A program made the translations under genes and the position numbers. Below, in pieces: positions 17,244-26,873 of a DNA stretch of 64,000 nt; the first letter of the stretch is position 1; each line of letters opens with the position of its first letter. Where the stretch lies: the sequence record MT446390.1. One strand, written 5' to 3'. The notes under the pieces were generated by a model, which searched no databases, was not told where the DNA came from, and saw nothing but the letters and a program-made list of their open reading frames with translations. This DNA is from Escherichia phage TH12.

Positions 17244-17657
17244 ATGAATATTTCTGAAACTCGCGGTAAATGGTTCAAGATTGTTAAAGAAGACGAAGAA
17301 CTACAAGACAAGTTTCCTGAATTAAAGAAAGGAACAATCATCAAGGTAATTGGTACTACTACCGAAGATGGTTATGGCGACCATGGCATTATCGAAGTGA
17401 TGTTGAACACAGGTGAGAAACTTTGCATCTATGACCGTGATACTTCTCTTTGGTGCTTCTGGGAATCCCATTCAATAGATGAACTCGAAGAAATTGACCA
17501 AGTAGTTTGTGATGGTGGACTTGGTGAATTCGAAGGTGAACGTATTTCTTATGCTTTAGCTAAATTAGCTGGTCAAGAAAATAATGACGGTTATGAAGGT
17601 AATCTGATGCAAGCCGCAGCGGAATACATTGAATATTTAGAAAGACGTTTAAGTTAA
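17244..17657 (+). CDS. Hypothetical acidic protein (137 aa)
   Basis: Internal ATG (MNISETRG); track start 17106 lies inside upstream gene. Confidence 0.55.
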   Translation: MNISETRGKWFKIVKEDEELQDKFPELKKGTIIKVIGTTTEDGYGDHGIIEVMLNTGEKLCIYDRDTSLWCFWESHSIDELEEIDQVVCDGGLGEFEGERISYALAKLAGQENNDGYEGNLMQAAAEYIEYLERRLS

Positions 17658-17692
17658 TAAATACCCTTATCTATTTAAGGTAAGGGTTTATT

Positions 17693-18166
17693 ATGTTATT
17701 ATCTGGCAAATTATACAAAGAAGAAAAACAAAAATTTTATGATGCACAGAACGGTAAGTGTCCTATTTGCCACCGTGAATTAGACCCTGATGTTCAAGGT
17801 AACCATCTTGACCACGACCACGAGTTAAACGGGCCAAAAGCCGGTAGAGTTCGTGGATTACTCTGTAATCTGTGCAACGCAGCAGAAGGCCAAATGAAGC
17901 ATAAGTTCAACCGTTCTGGTCTTAAAGGTCAAAACGTTGATTACCTCGAATGGCTTGAAGCTCTTCTTGCTTATTTGAAACAAGATTATTCTGATAATAA
18001 TATCCATCCTAATTTTGTTCCAGACAAAACTAAAGAGTTCTCAAGACTAGGTAAAGAGGAAATGATGGCTGAGATGCTTCAAAGAGGATTTGAATATACT
18101 GAATCTGATACTAAAACACAATTAATAGCTTCATTCAAAAAGCAGCTTAGAAAGAGTTTAAAATGA
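17693..18166 (+). CDS. 49: Endonuclease VII (Holliday-junction resolvase)
   Basis: MLLSGKLYKEEKQKFYDAQNGKCPICHREL...HLDHDHELNGPKAG...LCNLCN matches T4 gp49; 157 aa. Confidence 0.95.
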   Translation: MLLSGKLYKEEKQKFYDAQNGKCPICHRELDPDVQGNHLDHDHELNGPKAGRVRGLLCNLCNAAEGQMKHKFNRSGLKGQNVDYLEWLEALLAYLKQDYSDNNIHPNFVPDKTKEFSRLGKEEMMAEMLQRGFEYTESDTKTQLIASFKKQLRKSLK

Positions 18167-19980
18167 AAATTGAAAAAGAAATTGAAGGATTAATTTATAA
18201 AACTAATAAAGATCTTTTGAACGAGAATGCTAATAAAGATTCTCGTGTTTTTCCAACTCAACGGGACCTTATGGCTGGTATTGTGTCTAAGCACATTGCC
18301 AAAAATATGGTCCCGTCTTTTATTATGAATGCGCATGAAAGCGGAATCATTCATATGCATGATATTGATTATTCTCCTGCTCTTCCGTTTACTAATTGTT
18401 GTTTAGTCGATTTAAAGGGGATGCTTGAGAATGGATTTAAATTAGGCAATGCTCAAATTGAAACGCCTAAATCGATTGGTGTTGCTACTGCAATTATGGC
18501 ACAAATTACTGCACAAGTTGCTTCCCATCAGTATGGCGGAACTACATTTGCGAATGTCGATAAAGTTCTTTCTCCTTATGTTAAACGTACATACGCTAAA
18601 CATGTTGAAGATGCAGAAAAATGGCAAATACCAGACATTCTGAATTATGCTCAATCTAAAACAGAAAAAGACGTATACGATGCATTCCAAGCTTATGAAT
18701 ATGAGGTAAATACTCTTTTTAGTTCAAACGGTCAAACGCCTTTTGTAACAATTACATTTGGTACTGGAACTGATTGGACCGAACGAATGATTCAGAAAGC
18801 AATTCTGAAAAATCGGATTAAAGGTCTCGGTCGTGATGGAATAACTCCTATTTTTCCTAAACTTGTTATGTTTGTTGAAGAAGGTGTTAATCTTTATAAA
18901 GATGATCCGAACTATGATATTAAACAACTTGCGTTAGAATGTGCAAGCAAAAGAATGTATCCTGACATTATTTCGGTTAAGAATAATAAAGCTATTACTG
19001 GTTCTTCAGTTCCAGTTTCTCCAATGGGTTGCCGTAGTTTCTTGAGTGTATGGAAAGATTCGACTGGTAATGAAATTCTTGATGGACGTAATAATCTCGG
19101 TGTTGTAACACTGAATCTTCCTCGCATCGCGTTAGATTCTTATATTGGAACACAGTTCAATGAACAGAAATTTGTTGAGCTATTTAATGAACGAATGGAT
19201 CTGTGCTTTGAAGCCTTGATGTGTAGAATTAGTTCCTTAAAAGGAGTTAAAGCGACTGTTGCTCCTATTCTTTACCAAGAAGGTGCATTCGGGGTTCGTC
19301 TTAAACCTGATGACGACATAATTGAGTTATTTAAAAACGGTAGAAGTTCAGTGTCTTTAGGATACATTGGTATTCACGAATTGAATATTCTTGTCGGACG
19401 TGATATTGGACAAGAAATTTTAACTAAAATGAATGCTCATCTTAAACAGTGGACCGAAAGAACTGGATTTGCTTTTAGCTTATATTCTACTCCTGCTGAA
19501 AACCTTTGTTATCGCTTCTGTAAACTTGATACAGAAAAATATGGAAGTGTAAAAGATGTCACTGATAAAGGCTGGTACACTAACAGTTTCCATGTTTCAG
19601 TAGAAGAAAATATTACTCCGTTTGAAAAGATTTCTCGTGAAGCCCCATATCATTTCATTGCGACAGGCGGTCACATTTCTTATGTTGAACTTCCTGATAT
19701 GAAAAATAACCTAAAAGGTCTTGAGGCTGTATGGGATTATGCTGCACAACATTTAGATTATTTTGGTGTTAATATGCCAGTAGATAAATGTTTTACATGT
19801 GGAAGTACTCATGAAATGACTCCTACTGAAAATGGATTTGTTTGTTCAGTTTGCGGAGAAACTGATCCTAAAAAGATGAACACTATAAGAAGGACCTGCG
19901 GTTATTTGGGAAATCCGAACGAGCGCGGATTTAATCTAGGCAAAAATAAAGAAATCATGCATAGGGTTAAACACCAATGA
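18163..19980 (+). CDS. nrdD: Anaerobic ribonucleoside-triphosphate reductase
   Basis: 605 aa; C-terminal glycyl-radical motif RRTCGYLG and zinc-ribbon CFTCGS...CSVCGE. Confidence 0.95.
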   Translation: MKIEKEIEGLIYKTNKDLLNENANKDSRVFPTQRDLMAGIVSKHIAKNMVPSFIMNAHESGIIHMHDIDYSPALPFTNCCLVDLKGMLENGFKLGNAQIETPKSIGVATAIMAQITAQVASHQYGGTTFANVDKVLSPYVKRTYAKHVEDAEKWQIPDILNYAQSKTEKDVYDAFQAYEYEVNTLFSSNGQTPFVTITFGTGTDWTERMIQKAILKNRIKGLGRDGITPIFPKLVMFVEEGVNLYKDDPNYDIKQLALECASKRMYPDIISVKNNKAITGSSVPVSPMGCRSFLSVWKDSTGNEILDGRNNLGVVTLNLPRIALDSYIGTQFNEQKFVELFNERMDLCFEALMCRISSLKGVKATVAPILYQEGAFGVRLKPDDDIIELFKNGRSSVSLGYIGIHELNILVGRDIGQEILTKMNAHLKQWTERTGFAFSLYSTPAENLCYRFCKLDTEKYGSVKDVTDKGWYTNSFHVSVEENITPFEKISREAPYHFIATGGHISYVELPDMKNNLKGLEAVWDYAAQHLDYFGVNMPVDKCFTCGSTHEMTPTENGFVCSVCGETDPKKMNTIRRTCGYLGNPNERGFNLGKNKEIMHRVKHQ

Positions 19981-20447
19981 ATTATGATAGATTTTATCCT
20001 TGCGATTTTGTGAATGGTCCTGGTTGTAGGGTCGTTCTTTTCGTTACGGGGTGTTTGCATAAATGCGAAGGGTGTTATAATAAATCAACATGGAATGCTA
20101 GAAATGGTATTCCATTCACTGGTGAAACACTAGAACAATTAATTGAATGTTTGAATAATTATTATATAGAAGGATTAACTATAACCGGAGGAGACCCTCT
20201 CTATCCTGATAACCGAGATGTTATTCATTACATTGTTCAAACAGTAAAAAATCTTTATCCCAATAAAAGCATTTGGTTGTGGACAGGATATAAGTTTGAA
20301 GATATTAAACAGCTAGAAATGCTTAAATATGTTGATGTTATTATTGATGGGAAGTATGAGAAAAATCTTCCGACCAAAAAGCTGTGGCGAGGATCAGATA
20401 ATCAGCGACTTTGGTCAAATACCGATGGGGTGTGGAAACATGATTAA
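19977..20447 (+). CDS. nrdG: Anaerobic RNR activating enzyme (radical SAM)
   Basis: ATGA overlap with nrdD; radical-SAM cysteine triad GCLHKCEGCYN; 156 aa. Confidence 0.9.
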   Translation: MNYDRFYPCDFVNGPGCRVVLFVTGCLHKCEGCYNKSTWNARNGIPFTGETLEQLIECLNNYYIEGLTITGGDPLYPDNRDVIHYIVQTVKNLYPNKSIWLWTGYKFEDIKQLEMLKYVDVIIDGKYEKNLPTKKLWRGSDNQRLWSNTDGVWKHD

Positions 20448-20550
20448 ATTGAATTACATTATGGATACTATAAATGATATGATTTTTCATTTTGGTCCAG
20501 AATTTTATTCGCAATATGGTTTGCTTATCAATGCTTGGTTAATTAATTAA
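20440..20550 (+). CDS. Small ORF (36 aa), uncertain
   Basis: ATG overlapping nrdG 3' end; below cutoff; track ORF 20329 runs through nrdG in another frame. Confidence 0.3.
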   Translation: MIKLNYIMDTINDMIFHFGPEFYSQYGLLINAWLIN

Positions 20551-20558
20551 GGGTAAAT

Positions 20559-20774
20559 ATGTATAAATTTCGTAAAGGTTTAGCTGATTTTCTTACAACT
20601 GTAACGTTCTTTTTGTTTATGGCAGTTGGAGCTATTTTTCTTATTCCTTTTACTGGTGTATTTTTCGTGATTAGTTTAATTTCTCCAGAAAAGGGCTTAT
20701 CTTCTAATGAGTTCAATGAGCGTCTGGATAAAATTACTAACAAACTGAATTCTGTTCTTGATAAAAAGGCTTAA
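20559..20774 (+). CDS. Small membrane protein (71 aa)
   Basis: Hydrophobic core FLTTVTFFLFMAVGAIFLIPFTGVFFVISLI. Confidence 0.5.
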   Translation: MYKFRKGLADFLTTVTFFLFMAVGAIFLIPFTGVFFVISLISPEKGLSSNEFNERLDKITNKLNSVLDKKA

Positions 20775-20776
20775 TT

Positions 20777-21094
20777 ATGATTAGTTTTGAGCGGTATGTA
20801 GTAGAGAGTTGGAATGGGTTTGATATGTTCGGTAATGACTATTATTTTTACGAATGTAATCTAAATCCTAGTTTTTGGGCTGGACGTGAACGAGATCTCG
20901 AAGAAATTAATGCTCGCGCCGAATTGTTAGGTGAACTGCCTACAGTTTATTTTACATTTGATGAATCTGGATTTGTTATCCAGGTTTATTTTCCTGAAGA
21001 AAACTCTGGTGAGGATTCTGTTAATCCTCCTTATTGGGCTTATCAAGGAATTATTTCTCGTGGAACAAAACTCGAACTTAAAGAACAAGATTGA
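20777..21094 (+). CDS. Hypothetical acidic protein (105 aa)
   Basis: ATG right after upstream stop; stop TGA 21092-21094. Confidence 0.55.
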   Translation: MISFERYVVESWNGFDMFGNDYYFYECNLNPSFWAGRERDLEEINARAELLGELPTVYFTFDESGFVIQVYFPEENSGEDSVNPPYWAYQGIISRGTKLELKEQD

Positions 21095-21383
21095 AATCTA
21101 TGGCATCCCTGAAGAAGTTGGACGTTGTCCAGGATGTTATACTGTTACAAAACTTTTAAAGGAGCTCAATGCTCCTTATACATTTTATAAAGTCCTCACT
21201 AATAATGGTAAGATTGAATATGACCGTCCTTTAATCGTATCTCTTGCTAAACGTGCAGGATTCACTTCACTTAATATTCGTTATCCTGTCATATTTTTAA
21301 ATGGTAAGAAACAAAAGAATATTGCAGAGTTTAAAAAGTCCTTGATTTCATTAGGATACGACTCTGATATCATAGAAGATTGA
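21090..21383 (+). CDS. Glutaredoxin/thioredoxin-like protein (NrdH-like by position), apparent non-AUG start
   Basis: IEIYGIPEEVGRCPGCYT redox-active CxxC; no in-frame ATG/GTG/TTG between upstream stop and domain; proposed ATT 21090 overlapping TGA (ATTGA). Confidence 0.5.
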   Translation: MEIYGIPEEVGRCPGCYTVTKLLKELNAPYTFYKVLTNNGKIEYDRPLIVSLAKRAGFTSLNIRYPVIFLNGKKQKNIAEFKKSLISLGYDSDIIED

Positions 21384-21385
21384 CC

Positions 21386-21412
21386 AGGTGCCGCCTGGTC
21401 TTCTTTATCCCA
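21386..21412 (+). terminator. Putative intrinsic terminator
   Basis: gaccagg-tgccg-cctggtc hairpin followed by ttcttt. Confidence 0.5.
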
Positions 21413-21548
21413 TTTCTAATATAATCTATTGGAACCCTCACTTCACTATCTCCTTGTGCCCCTCTCAAATCAAAAATATTTTCATAAAACAGTTTACATC
21501 CTCGATAGATATGTTAAGATTAAACCATCTGCTATAGAGGAAAACAAA

Positions 21549-21731
21549 ATGACAATTGAAGATAAAGAAATTAAGGTTGACCAGTACTATTCTGTCAACG
21601 GTAATGCAGTACAGATAACCAGAGTTTCAAGCCTGGATGTTTGGTACCGTTCAATCAAATATCCAGAAATTGGTGAAATGCTTTGTGACCGTAGTATCTT
21701 CTGTTCAATTGCGAAGGAAATTAAGCCATGA
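21549..21731 (+). CDS. Hypothetical protein (60 aa)
   Basis: Internal ATG (MTIEDKEIK) after AGAGGA; early-promoter-like gtttac upstream. Confidence 0.5.
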   Translation: MTIEDKEIKVDQYYSVNGNAVQITRVSSLDVWYRSIKYPEIGEMLCDRSIFCSIAKEIKP

Positions 21732-21976
21732 TTAGTTTAGATTCAAAGAAAGTTGTTCTAACCCTTAAAGTTAATGATGAGCGACCGGTATTCGTTACCA
21801 TTTCCGATTTGCATGTTGAAATTGCTAATGGCGTTCGTACTTATCAAACGTCTAAAACTCAATGGGACTATATCCCAATGTTGACGCTTACTCAGCGTTT
21901 AGAATCAATCGGACTTAAAGACCTTTCAGTAAGTGAAGTGAATTTTATCAAACGCATTGTATCAATCAACCTCTGA
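21728..21976 (+). CDS. Hypothetical protein (82 aa)
   Basis: ATGA overlap with upstream stop. Confidence 0.55.
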   Translation: MISLDSKKVVLTLKVNDERPVFVTISDLHVEIANGVRTYQTSKTQWDYIPMLTLTQRLESIGLKDLSVSEVNFIKRIVSINL

Positions 21977-21983
21977 GGTACTT

Positions 21984-22277
21984 ATGGGTAAAACATATCG
22001 TCGTAAAGATTTGAAAGTTCGCGATTACGACTATTTTGGTAAGCGTAAAGCTCCTGATGGTGTTAGCCACAAAGACATGGTTGAAAACATCTTCCGCTCA
22101 GATAAATGGAAACGTATGAAAGGCGTTGATTCTGAAGTCAAGAATGAAATGAATCGACAACTCCGCAAAGAAGTTCGTAAGTTGAAAAAAGATGTTTACA
22201 GTAAAGAAGATTATGATTATAATACTTCTCATACTGAAGCCAAACGTAAAGCTAACGAATGTTATCGTTACAGTTGA
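21984..22277 (+). CDS. Basic protein (97 aa)
   Basis: Internal ATG (MGKTYRRK) after GAGGT; Lys/Arg-rich. Confidence 0.55.
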   Translation: MGKTYRRKDLKVRDYDYFGKRKAPDGVSHKDMVENIFRSDKWKRMKGVDSEVKNEMNRQLRKEVRKLKKDVYSKEDYDYNTSHTEAKRKANECYRYS

Positions 22278-22284
22278 GGAAATT

Positions 22285-22419
22285 ATGAATATCAAACGAA
22301 TGCTTTTTAAGCAGGGATTATATACTTTAAATGTTAATCCAAAGGGTGATACAACTAAATGGTCTGTAAATGACTGGATTAAGTTCATCGATGAAAATGG
22401 GGCATGGAACACAAAATGA
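22285..22419 (+). CDS. Small ORF (44 aa), uncertain
   Basis: ATG after GAGGA; track start 22192 overlaps upstream gene. Confidence 0.35.
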   Translation: MNIKRMLFKQGLYTLNVNPKGDTTKWSVNDWIKFIDENGAWNTK

Positions 22420-22616
22420 ATCCTGAAAATATTGTGTCATGGCAACTTCGTGAAGAACGTGCAGAATTCTTTGCCAATATGAAACTCAACGGTGTTGAGG
22501 ATGAAGACTTTTTACGCTGGTTCTGGATTTACAAATACAAAGAATGCCAACATGCTGTGCTATTGACTTGCGCAATTATGTACGAAGGCTGGAAAGGCGC
22601 TAAAAAGTTCGGTTAA
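22416..22616 (+). CDS. Hypothetical protein (66 aa)
   Basis: ATGA overlap with upstream stop. Confidence 0.5.
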   Translation: MNPENIVSWQLREERAEFFANMKLNGVEDEDFLRWFWIYKYKECQHAVLLTCAIMYEGWKGAKKFG

Positions 22617-22671
22617 TAGTTTATGATGGTAGGAAGATAACACTTCTTCCTACCAATTTGAGGAGAATATC

Positions 22672-22911
22672 ATGGAACAAGAATTAGACATTATTACATC
22701 GAAAAAACGTCTTGAAGTTGTAGTGAATGGCTCAACTATTAAGTTTGTATATGACACTTTAACTGATGCTATTACCGTTAGTTGTGGTGGAAAGGCTTTT
22801 AGTCTAGATTCTACTGAAAACAAATACCCGTTCTATAAAGGTATCTTTGATATGGGTGTTGATATCAGTGTTCGTCAAGCAAACTATTTACATTATCTTA
22901 TCACTAAATAA
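22672..22911 (+). CDS. Hypothetical protein (79 aa)
   Basis: ATG after GAGGAG; upstream inverted repeat ggtaggaag...cttcctacc. Confidence 0.55.
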   Translation: MEQELDIITSKKRLEVVVNGSTIKFVYDTLTDAITVSCGGKAFSLDSTENKYPFYKGIFDMGVDISVRQANYLHYLITK

Positions 22912-22977
22912 CGCACAAACTCTTGAGAGCAGAGTATAATGTTCTCATTGGATAATAAAATAACCGAGGAAAATAAT

Positions 22978-23310
22978 ATGTCTACTAAAATCAAAAACGT
23001 GGTGAACTCTTTCGCTTTCGATAAAGTTGTTAGTCTTCTAGAAAAAGGCGGTATTGTTACTCCTCAAGTTCTTGACGCATGGGAATTCCGTCTTTATGAA
23101 ATCATGCAAAAACACGACCAGAAAATTGGACGTAATTCTATTCGCGAAATTCTAGTACAATATATTCTTTCTGAATTTGACGTTGCTGCATTTGGTGTTG
23201 AATCTAAAGCTTATCAGAAACATGAAATCTCTGAAAAGACTATCCGTCGTATGAAAAATCAACGTAAGAAAAAATTCGTTGACCTGAAAATTGTTAAGGC
23301 GGTAAAATGA
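22978..23310 (+). CDS. Hypothetical protein (110 aa)
   Basis: Internal ATG (MSTKIKN) after CGAGGA. Confidence 0.55.
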   Translation: MSTKIKNVVNSFAFDKVVSLLEKGGIVTPQVLDAWEFRLYEIMQKHDQKIGRNSIREILVQYILSEFDVAAFGVESKAYQKHEISEKTIRRMKNQRKKKFVDLKIVKAVK

Positions 23311-23534
23311 GCGTATTAACAGAAACTTTGATTAATGACCTGCGTCTAGCTGGTTACGAAGTTGGTACAAATAGTCTAGGTCTTCCTCAGATTGAAGGTC
23401 CTGGATTTATTCTAGAATATGAATTTAAACAATGGTGGCTATATGCTACGGTTGACGATGCGTTGAATATTGATTTCGTTGACCAATTTGATTCGCTGGA
23501 TGCTGCTCTTGAAGCAGCAAAGGAACTAGAATGA
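23307..23534 (+). CDS. Hypothetical acidic protein (75 aa)
   Basis: ATGA overlap. Confidence 0.55.
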   Translation: MSVLTETLINDLRLAGYEVGTNSLGLPQIEGPGFILEYEFKQWWLYATVDDALNIDFVDQFDSLDAALEAAKELE

Positions 23535-23800
23535 AACTATCTCGAATCGCTATAACTGAAGAAAAGCTGGGCGAATTTTACGTCGACAACTTTATGAAAG
23601 TTACGTATTTTCCATTTGTTAAAGGTGTCGGTTTTTGGGAAACTCATGTATCTCAATTAAATGAAGGCGACTATAACGAAACACATGAGAACTTTTTAGA
23701 TTTTCTTTATAACGCTGGTCTTACTGAGCTTTATATCGATATCCATGAGTTCAAACGTTTAATGGAAAAAGTATTCCAGGCGTATTGTTTGCTCCGATAG
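23531..23800 (+). CDS. Hypothetical protein (89 aa)
   Basis: ATGA overlap. Confidence 0.55.
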   Translation: MKLSRIAITEEKLGEFYVDNFMKVTYFPFVKGVGFWETHVSQLNEGDYNETHENFLDFLYNAGLTELYIDIHEFKRLMEKVFQAYCLLR

Positions 23801-23872
23801 TATCTCGTGCTTTAAGATAGGTCTCTAAATATTATGATATAATAGACCTATGAATTGAGCCAAGAGGTACTT

Positions 23873-24430
23873 ATGACTGAACAAAAACCTAAAAATAACT
23901 ATGTGAATAATAAAGAGCTTCTCGCCGCTATAATCGAGTGGAAAAAGGAGCTCTTAAATAATAAAGACCCAAACAAAATTATTCGTCAGAATGATACCAT
24001 CGGTTTAGCAATTATGCTTATCGCCGAAGGCCTGTCCAAACGTTTCAACTTTTCAGGATATACCCAGTCTTGGAAGCAGGAGATGATTGCAGATGGGATT
24101 GAAGCCTCTATTAAGGGACTTCATAATTTCGACGAAACTAAGTACAATAACCCACATGCATACATAACTCGAGCTTGTTTTAATGCTTTTGTCCAACGTA
24201 TCAAAAAAGAACGTAAGGAAGTTGCAAAGAAATATAGTTACTTCGTTCATAATGTCTACGACAGTCATGACGATGATATGGTAGCGTTGGTAGATGAAAC
24301 GTTTATTCAAGACATCTACGATAAAATGACGCATTATGAAGAATCCGCTTATAAAGCTCCTGGGGCTGAAAAGAAGGAAGTTGTTAGCGATTCGCCTAGT
24401 TTGGATTTTTTATATGAGGATGACAATTGA
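23873..24430 (+). CDS. 55: Late-transcription sigma factor gp55
   Basis: [27 protein letters not shown]...[38 protein letters not shown] matches T4 gp55; 185 aa; track start 23855 is non-ATG. Confidence 0.95.
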   Translation: MTEQKPKNNYVNNKELLAAIIEWKKELLNNKDPNKIIRQNDTIGLAIMLIAEGLSKRFNFSGYTQSWKQEMIADGIEASIKGLHNFDETKYNNPHAYITRACFNAFVQRIKKERKEVAKKYSYFVHNVYDSHDDDMVALVDETFIQDIYDKMTHYEESAYKAPGAEKKEVVSDSPSLDFLYEDDN

Positions 24431-24629
24431 TATCTCTAACTACTTAGAAGAACCTTTTGACGAAGCAATCCCTTATTTGGTAAAACTGTTGGGTCGAGAA
24501 TTTAAAATTAATTTTGACATCGACCCTTTGAACCCACATGACGTGTCATTTTCGATAAATGGGACTCCAGTTGAGTACGAGTTCTGTATTGAAGAGGACG
24601 GACGTTTTTATTTTAATTTAATGAGATAA
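24414..24629 (+). CDS. Hypothetical protein (71 aa)
   Basis: Internal ATG overlapping 55 3' end; start uncertain (24414 or 24420). Confidence 0.45.
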   Translation: MRMTIDISNYLEEPFDEAIPYLVKLLGREFKINFDIDPLNPHDVSFSINGTPVEYEFCIEEDGRFYFNLMR

Positions 24630-24630
24630 T

Positions 24631-24954
24631 ATGACTACCGAGATTATTGAAAATAAAGAAGCAGAAGATGCAGTAGCTAAAATGCTACAAGAAATCCAAA
24701 AGAAAAATGAAGCTGAAGCACGTAAAAAATCCGAAAAGATTCTTAAAAAGAATCGTTTTGAACTAAACCGTCTTTATGCTCATGCTCAAGAAGCAGCAAT
24801 TCAAAACAACTTCGAAGCTTACGAATATGCTATTAAGAAATCTCGGGATATTCTACGACAACCATATAATGAAAAGTTAATTAAAATCCAATGGGTTACT
24901 ACTCGTCAGGCTATTGAGGACATCATTAATGGCACTACTTCAAACAAAGTTTAA
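24631..24954 (+). CDS. Hypothetical protein (107 aa)
   Basis: ATG right after upstream stop. Confidence 0.55.
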   Translation: MTTEIIENKEAEDAVAKMLQEIQKKNEAEARKKSEKILKKNRFELNRLYAHAQEAAIQNNFEAYEYAIKKSRDILRQPYNEKLIKIQWVTTRQAIEDIINGTTSNKV

Positions 24955-25224
24955 ACGTCTGAATTTGAACGCAGGGTTCACCCTTAAATTGGGAGGTCCT
25001 CTTTGTGTTAAAATTTCTGAAAAGGAATATCACGACGGTTCTATTACAGAAATTTGTCCGCCTATTGTAAAGGCAGACCCAAAACAACTCGTGTGGGTTG
25101 ATTCATTTCAAGTTAAGAAATGGTGGAAACGATGATAACGTGGACAGGTGGCTAATGAAAGACGAACACCCGGATTTTTAAGCTTATGAATGACAAATAC
25201 GAAAAAGTTTAAGGGGTCATATGA

Positions 25225-25398
25225 ATGACGAATTTGACGGATTTTGATAAGATTAAATCTGACAAAAATGAGATGATACTTCAATTTGAAGCCGCTCGTA
25301 TTAAAGCAGAAAATGAAGGTACTATTACCCGCAAGAAAATCAAGTTCACGTCTAGTCGCGAACCTCTGTACGGTGTGTTAATTGGAAAGGAAGCCTAG
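25225..25398 (+). CDS. Small ORF (57 aa), uncertain
   Basis: ATG after AAGGGG; below track cutoff; ends inside terminator hairpin. Confidence 0.35.
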   Translation: MTNLTDFDKIKSDKNEMILQFEAARIKAENEGTITRKKIKFTSSREPLYGVLIGKEA

Positions 25399-25412
25399 TG
25401 CTTCCTTTTTTT
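25387..25412 (+). terminator. Intrinsic terminator
   Basis: aaggaagc-ctagt-gcttcctt followed by ttttt. Confidence 0.6.
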
Positions 25413-25459
25413 GCTTTATATTCTGGATGATAAAATGAACCAACTAATGAGGAAAACAT

Positions 25460-25603
25460 ATGATTATATTTTTAGGTGTGACCATATTGATATTAGCCTT
25501 CTATCTATTCACTAGGGCGTGCTGGATAGGTTTCTTTAGTGCCCCAGATGGATTAATTTCTGTGGTTTTATTTTGCATTGCGATAACGGCGTTAGACTTA
25601 TGA
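25460..25603 (+). CDS. Small membrane peptide (47 aa), uncertain
   Basis: ATG after TGAGGA; hydrophobic; stop overlaps gene 47 start (ATGA). Confidence 0.4.
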   Translation: MIIFLGVTILILAFYLFTRACWIGFFSAPDGLISVVLFCIAITALDL

Positions 25604-26619
25604 AAATTTTACATTTAGGTGACTTCCATATCGGCGTTAAACAGGACGACCCATGGGTTCAAGATATTCAACGGGATGGTATTCGTCAAGCAATTGAATA
25701 CTCTAAGAAACACGGTATTAAAACTTGGATTCAGTACGGTGATTGGTTTGACGTCCGTAAAGCAATTACACATCGTACGATGGAATTCAATCGTGAAATA
25801 GTTGATATGATTTCTAAGGCAGGCATTCACGTTCATGTCACGATAGGAAACCATGACATGGCGTTTAAGAATACAATAACACCTAACACTGTTTCTGAAT
25901 TGTTAACTCAATTTGAAAACTTTACTATTTACGAACATCCAACTACTGTAGATTTTGACGGATGTCTGATCGATATCGTTCCGTGGATGTGTGAAGAAAA
26001 TACAGGTGAAATCTTAGAGCACATCAAGACTTCTTCCGCAGCGTACTGTGTTGGGCACTGGGAACTGAACGGCTTTTATTTCTATAAAGGAATGAAGTCT
26101 CATGGGCTTGAACCTGATTTCTTAAAGACCTATAAACAAGTCTGGTCTGGCCACTTCCACACAATCTCTGAAGCTGCTAACGTCAAATATATTGGGACAC
26201 CATGGACCCTTACTGCAGGTGATGAGAACGATCCGCGAGGATTCTGGGTATTTGACACTGTTGTTGAACGTATGGAATTTATTCCCAATGAAACGACATG
26301 GCATCGACGAATCACTTATCCATTTAAAGGCAAAATCAATTATTCTGATTATACTAATCTAGCCGTACGTGTTATAGTATCAGAAATTGATTCAGAGTTG
26401 ACTAAATTTGAATCTGAACTTGAAAAAGTAGTTCACTCTCTTCGTATGGTTTCTAAAGTTGATAACAGTGTTGAATCTGATGACGACCAGGAAATCGAGA
26501 TTAAATCACTTCAAGATATCATTAAAGAATATATTGACGCGATTCCGGATATCTCAGACGAAGACAGAGAAGCGCTGGTCAAATATTCCAACGAACTTTA
26601 TATTGAGGCAACACAATGA
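25600..26619 (+). CDS. 47: Mre11-like recombination nuclease subunit gp47
   Basis: MKILHLGDFH...GDWFDV...GNHDM phosphoesterase motifs; 339 aa as in T4. Confidence 0.95.
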   Translation: MKILHLGDFHIGVKQDDPWVQDIQRDGIRQAIEYSKKHGIKTWIQYGDWFDVRKAITHRTMEFNREIVDMISKAGIHVHVTIGNHDMAFKNTITPNTVSELLTQFENFTIYEHPTTVDFDGCLIDIVPWMCEENTGEILEHIKTSSAAYCVGHWELNGFYFYKGMKSHGLEPDFLKTYKQVWSGHFHTISEAANVKYIGTPWTLTAGDENDPRGFWVFDTVVERMEFIPNETTWHRRITYPFKGKINYSDYTNLAVRVIVSEIDSELTKFESELEKVVHSLRMVSKVDNSVESDDDQEIEIKSLQDIIKEYIDAIPDISDEDREALVKYSNELYIEATQ

Positions 26620-26873
26620 CTTTAGATGAATTTAACAATGCTGGGCTTGGGCTTGAAGTTGAAATAGACGTTAAAGATGATGATGGATTCGAGAACACTA
26701 TCAAGTATTGGATTGAGCCATTACGCGTTGAAGGCAATGAAGTTAAAGCCGTTCATGTCTGTACCGACTGGGCTATTGAATTTAGCTTTAATATAATGGA
26801 CAACGATACTCCTGGCTCTATTCTTAAAATGGCTGAAGCGTGTATTGAGGATGCGTATAATGACGAAGACTGA
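26616..26873 (+). CDS. Hypothetical acidic protein (85 aa)
   Basis: ATGA overlap with 47. Confidence 0.55.
   Translation: MTLDEFNNAGLGLEVEIDVKDDDGFENTIKYWIEPLRVEGNEVKAVHVCTDWAIEFSFNIMDNDTPGSILKMAEACIEDAYNDED

Noticed and set aside
20931-21089. N-terminal extension of the glutaredoxin-like ORF as listed in the ORF track
   Set aside because: The extension overlaps the upstream gene out of frame and encodes an implausible Leu/Ile-rich peptide; the redox domain more likely starts at 21090.
24929-25135. Plus-strand ORF (about 69 aa) overlapping the 3' end of the 24631 gene
   Set aside because: No SD or clean start; overlaps upstream gene by about 25 nt; region looks largely non-coding.
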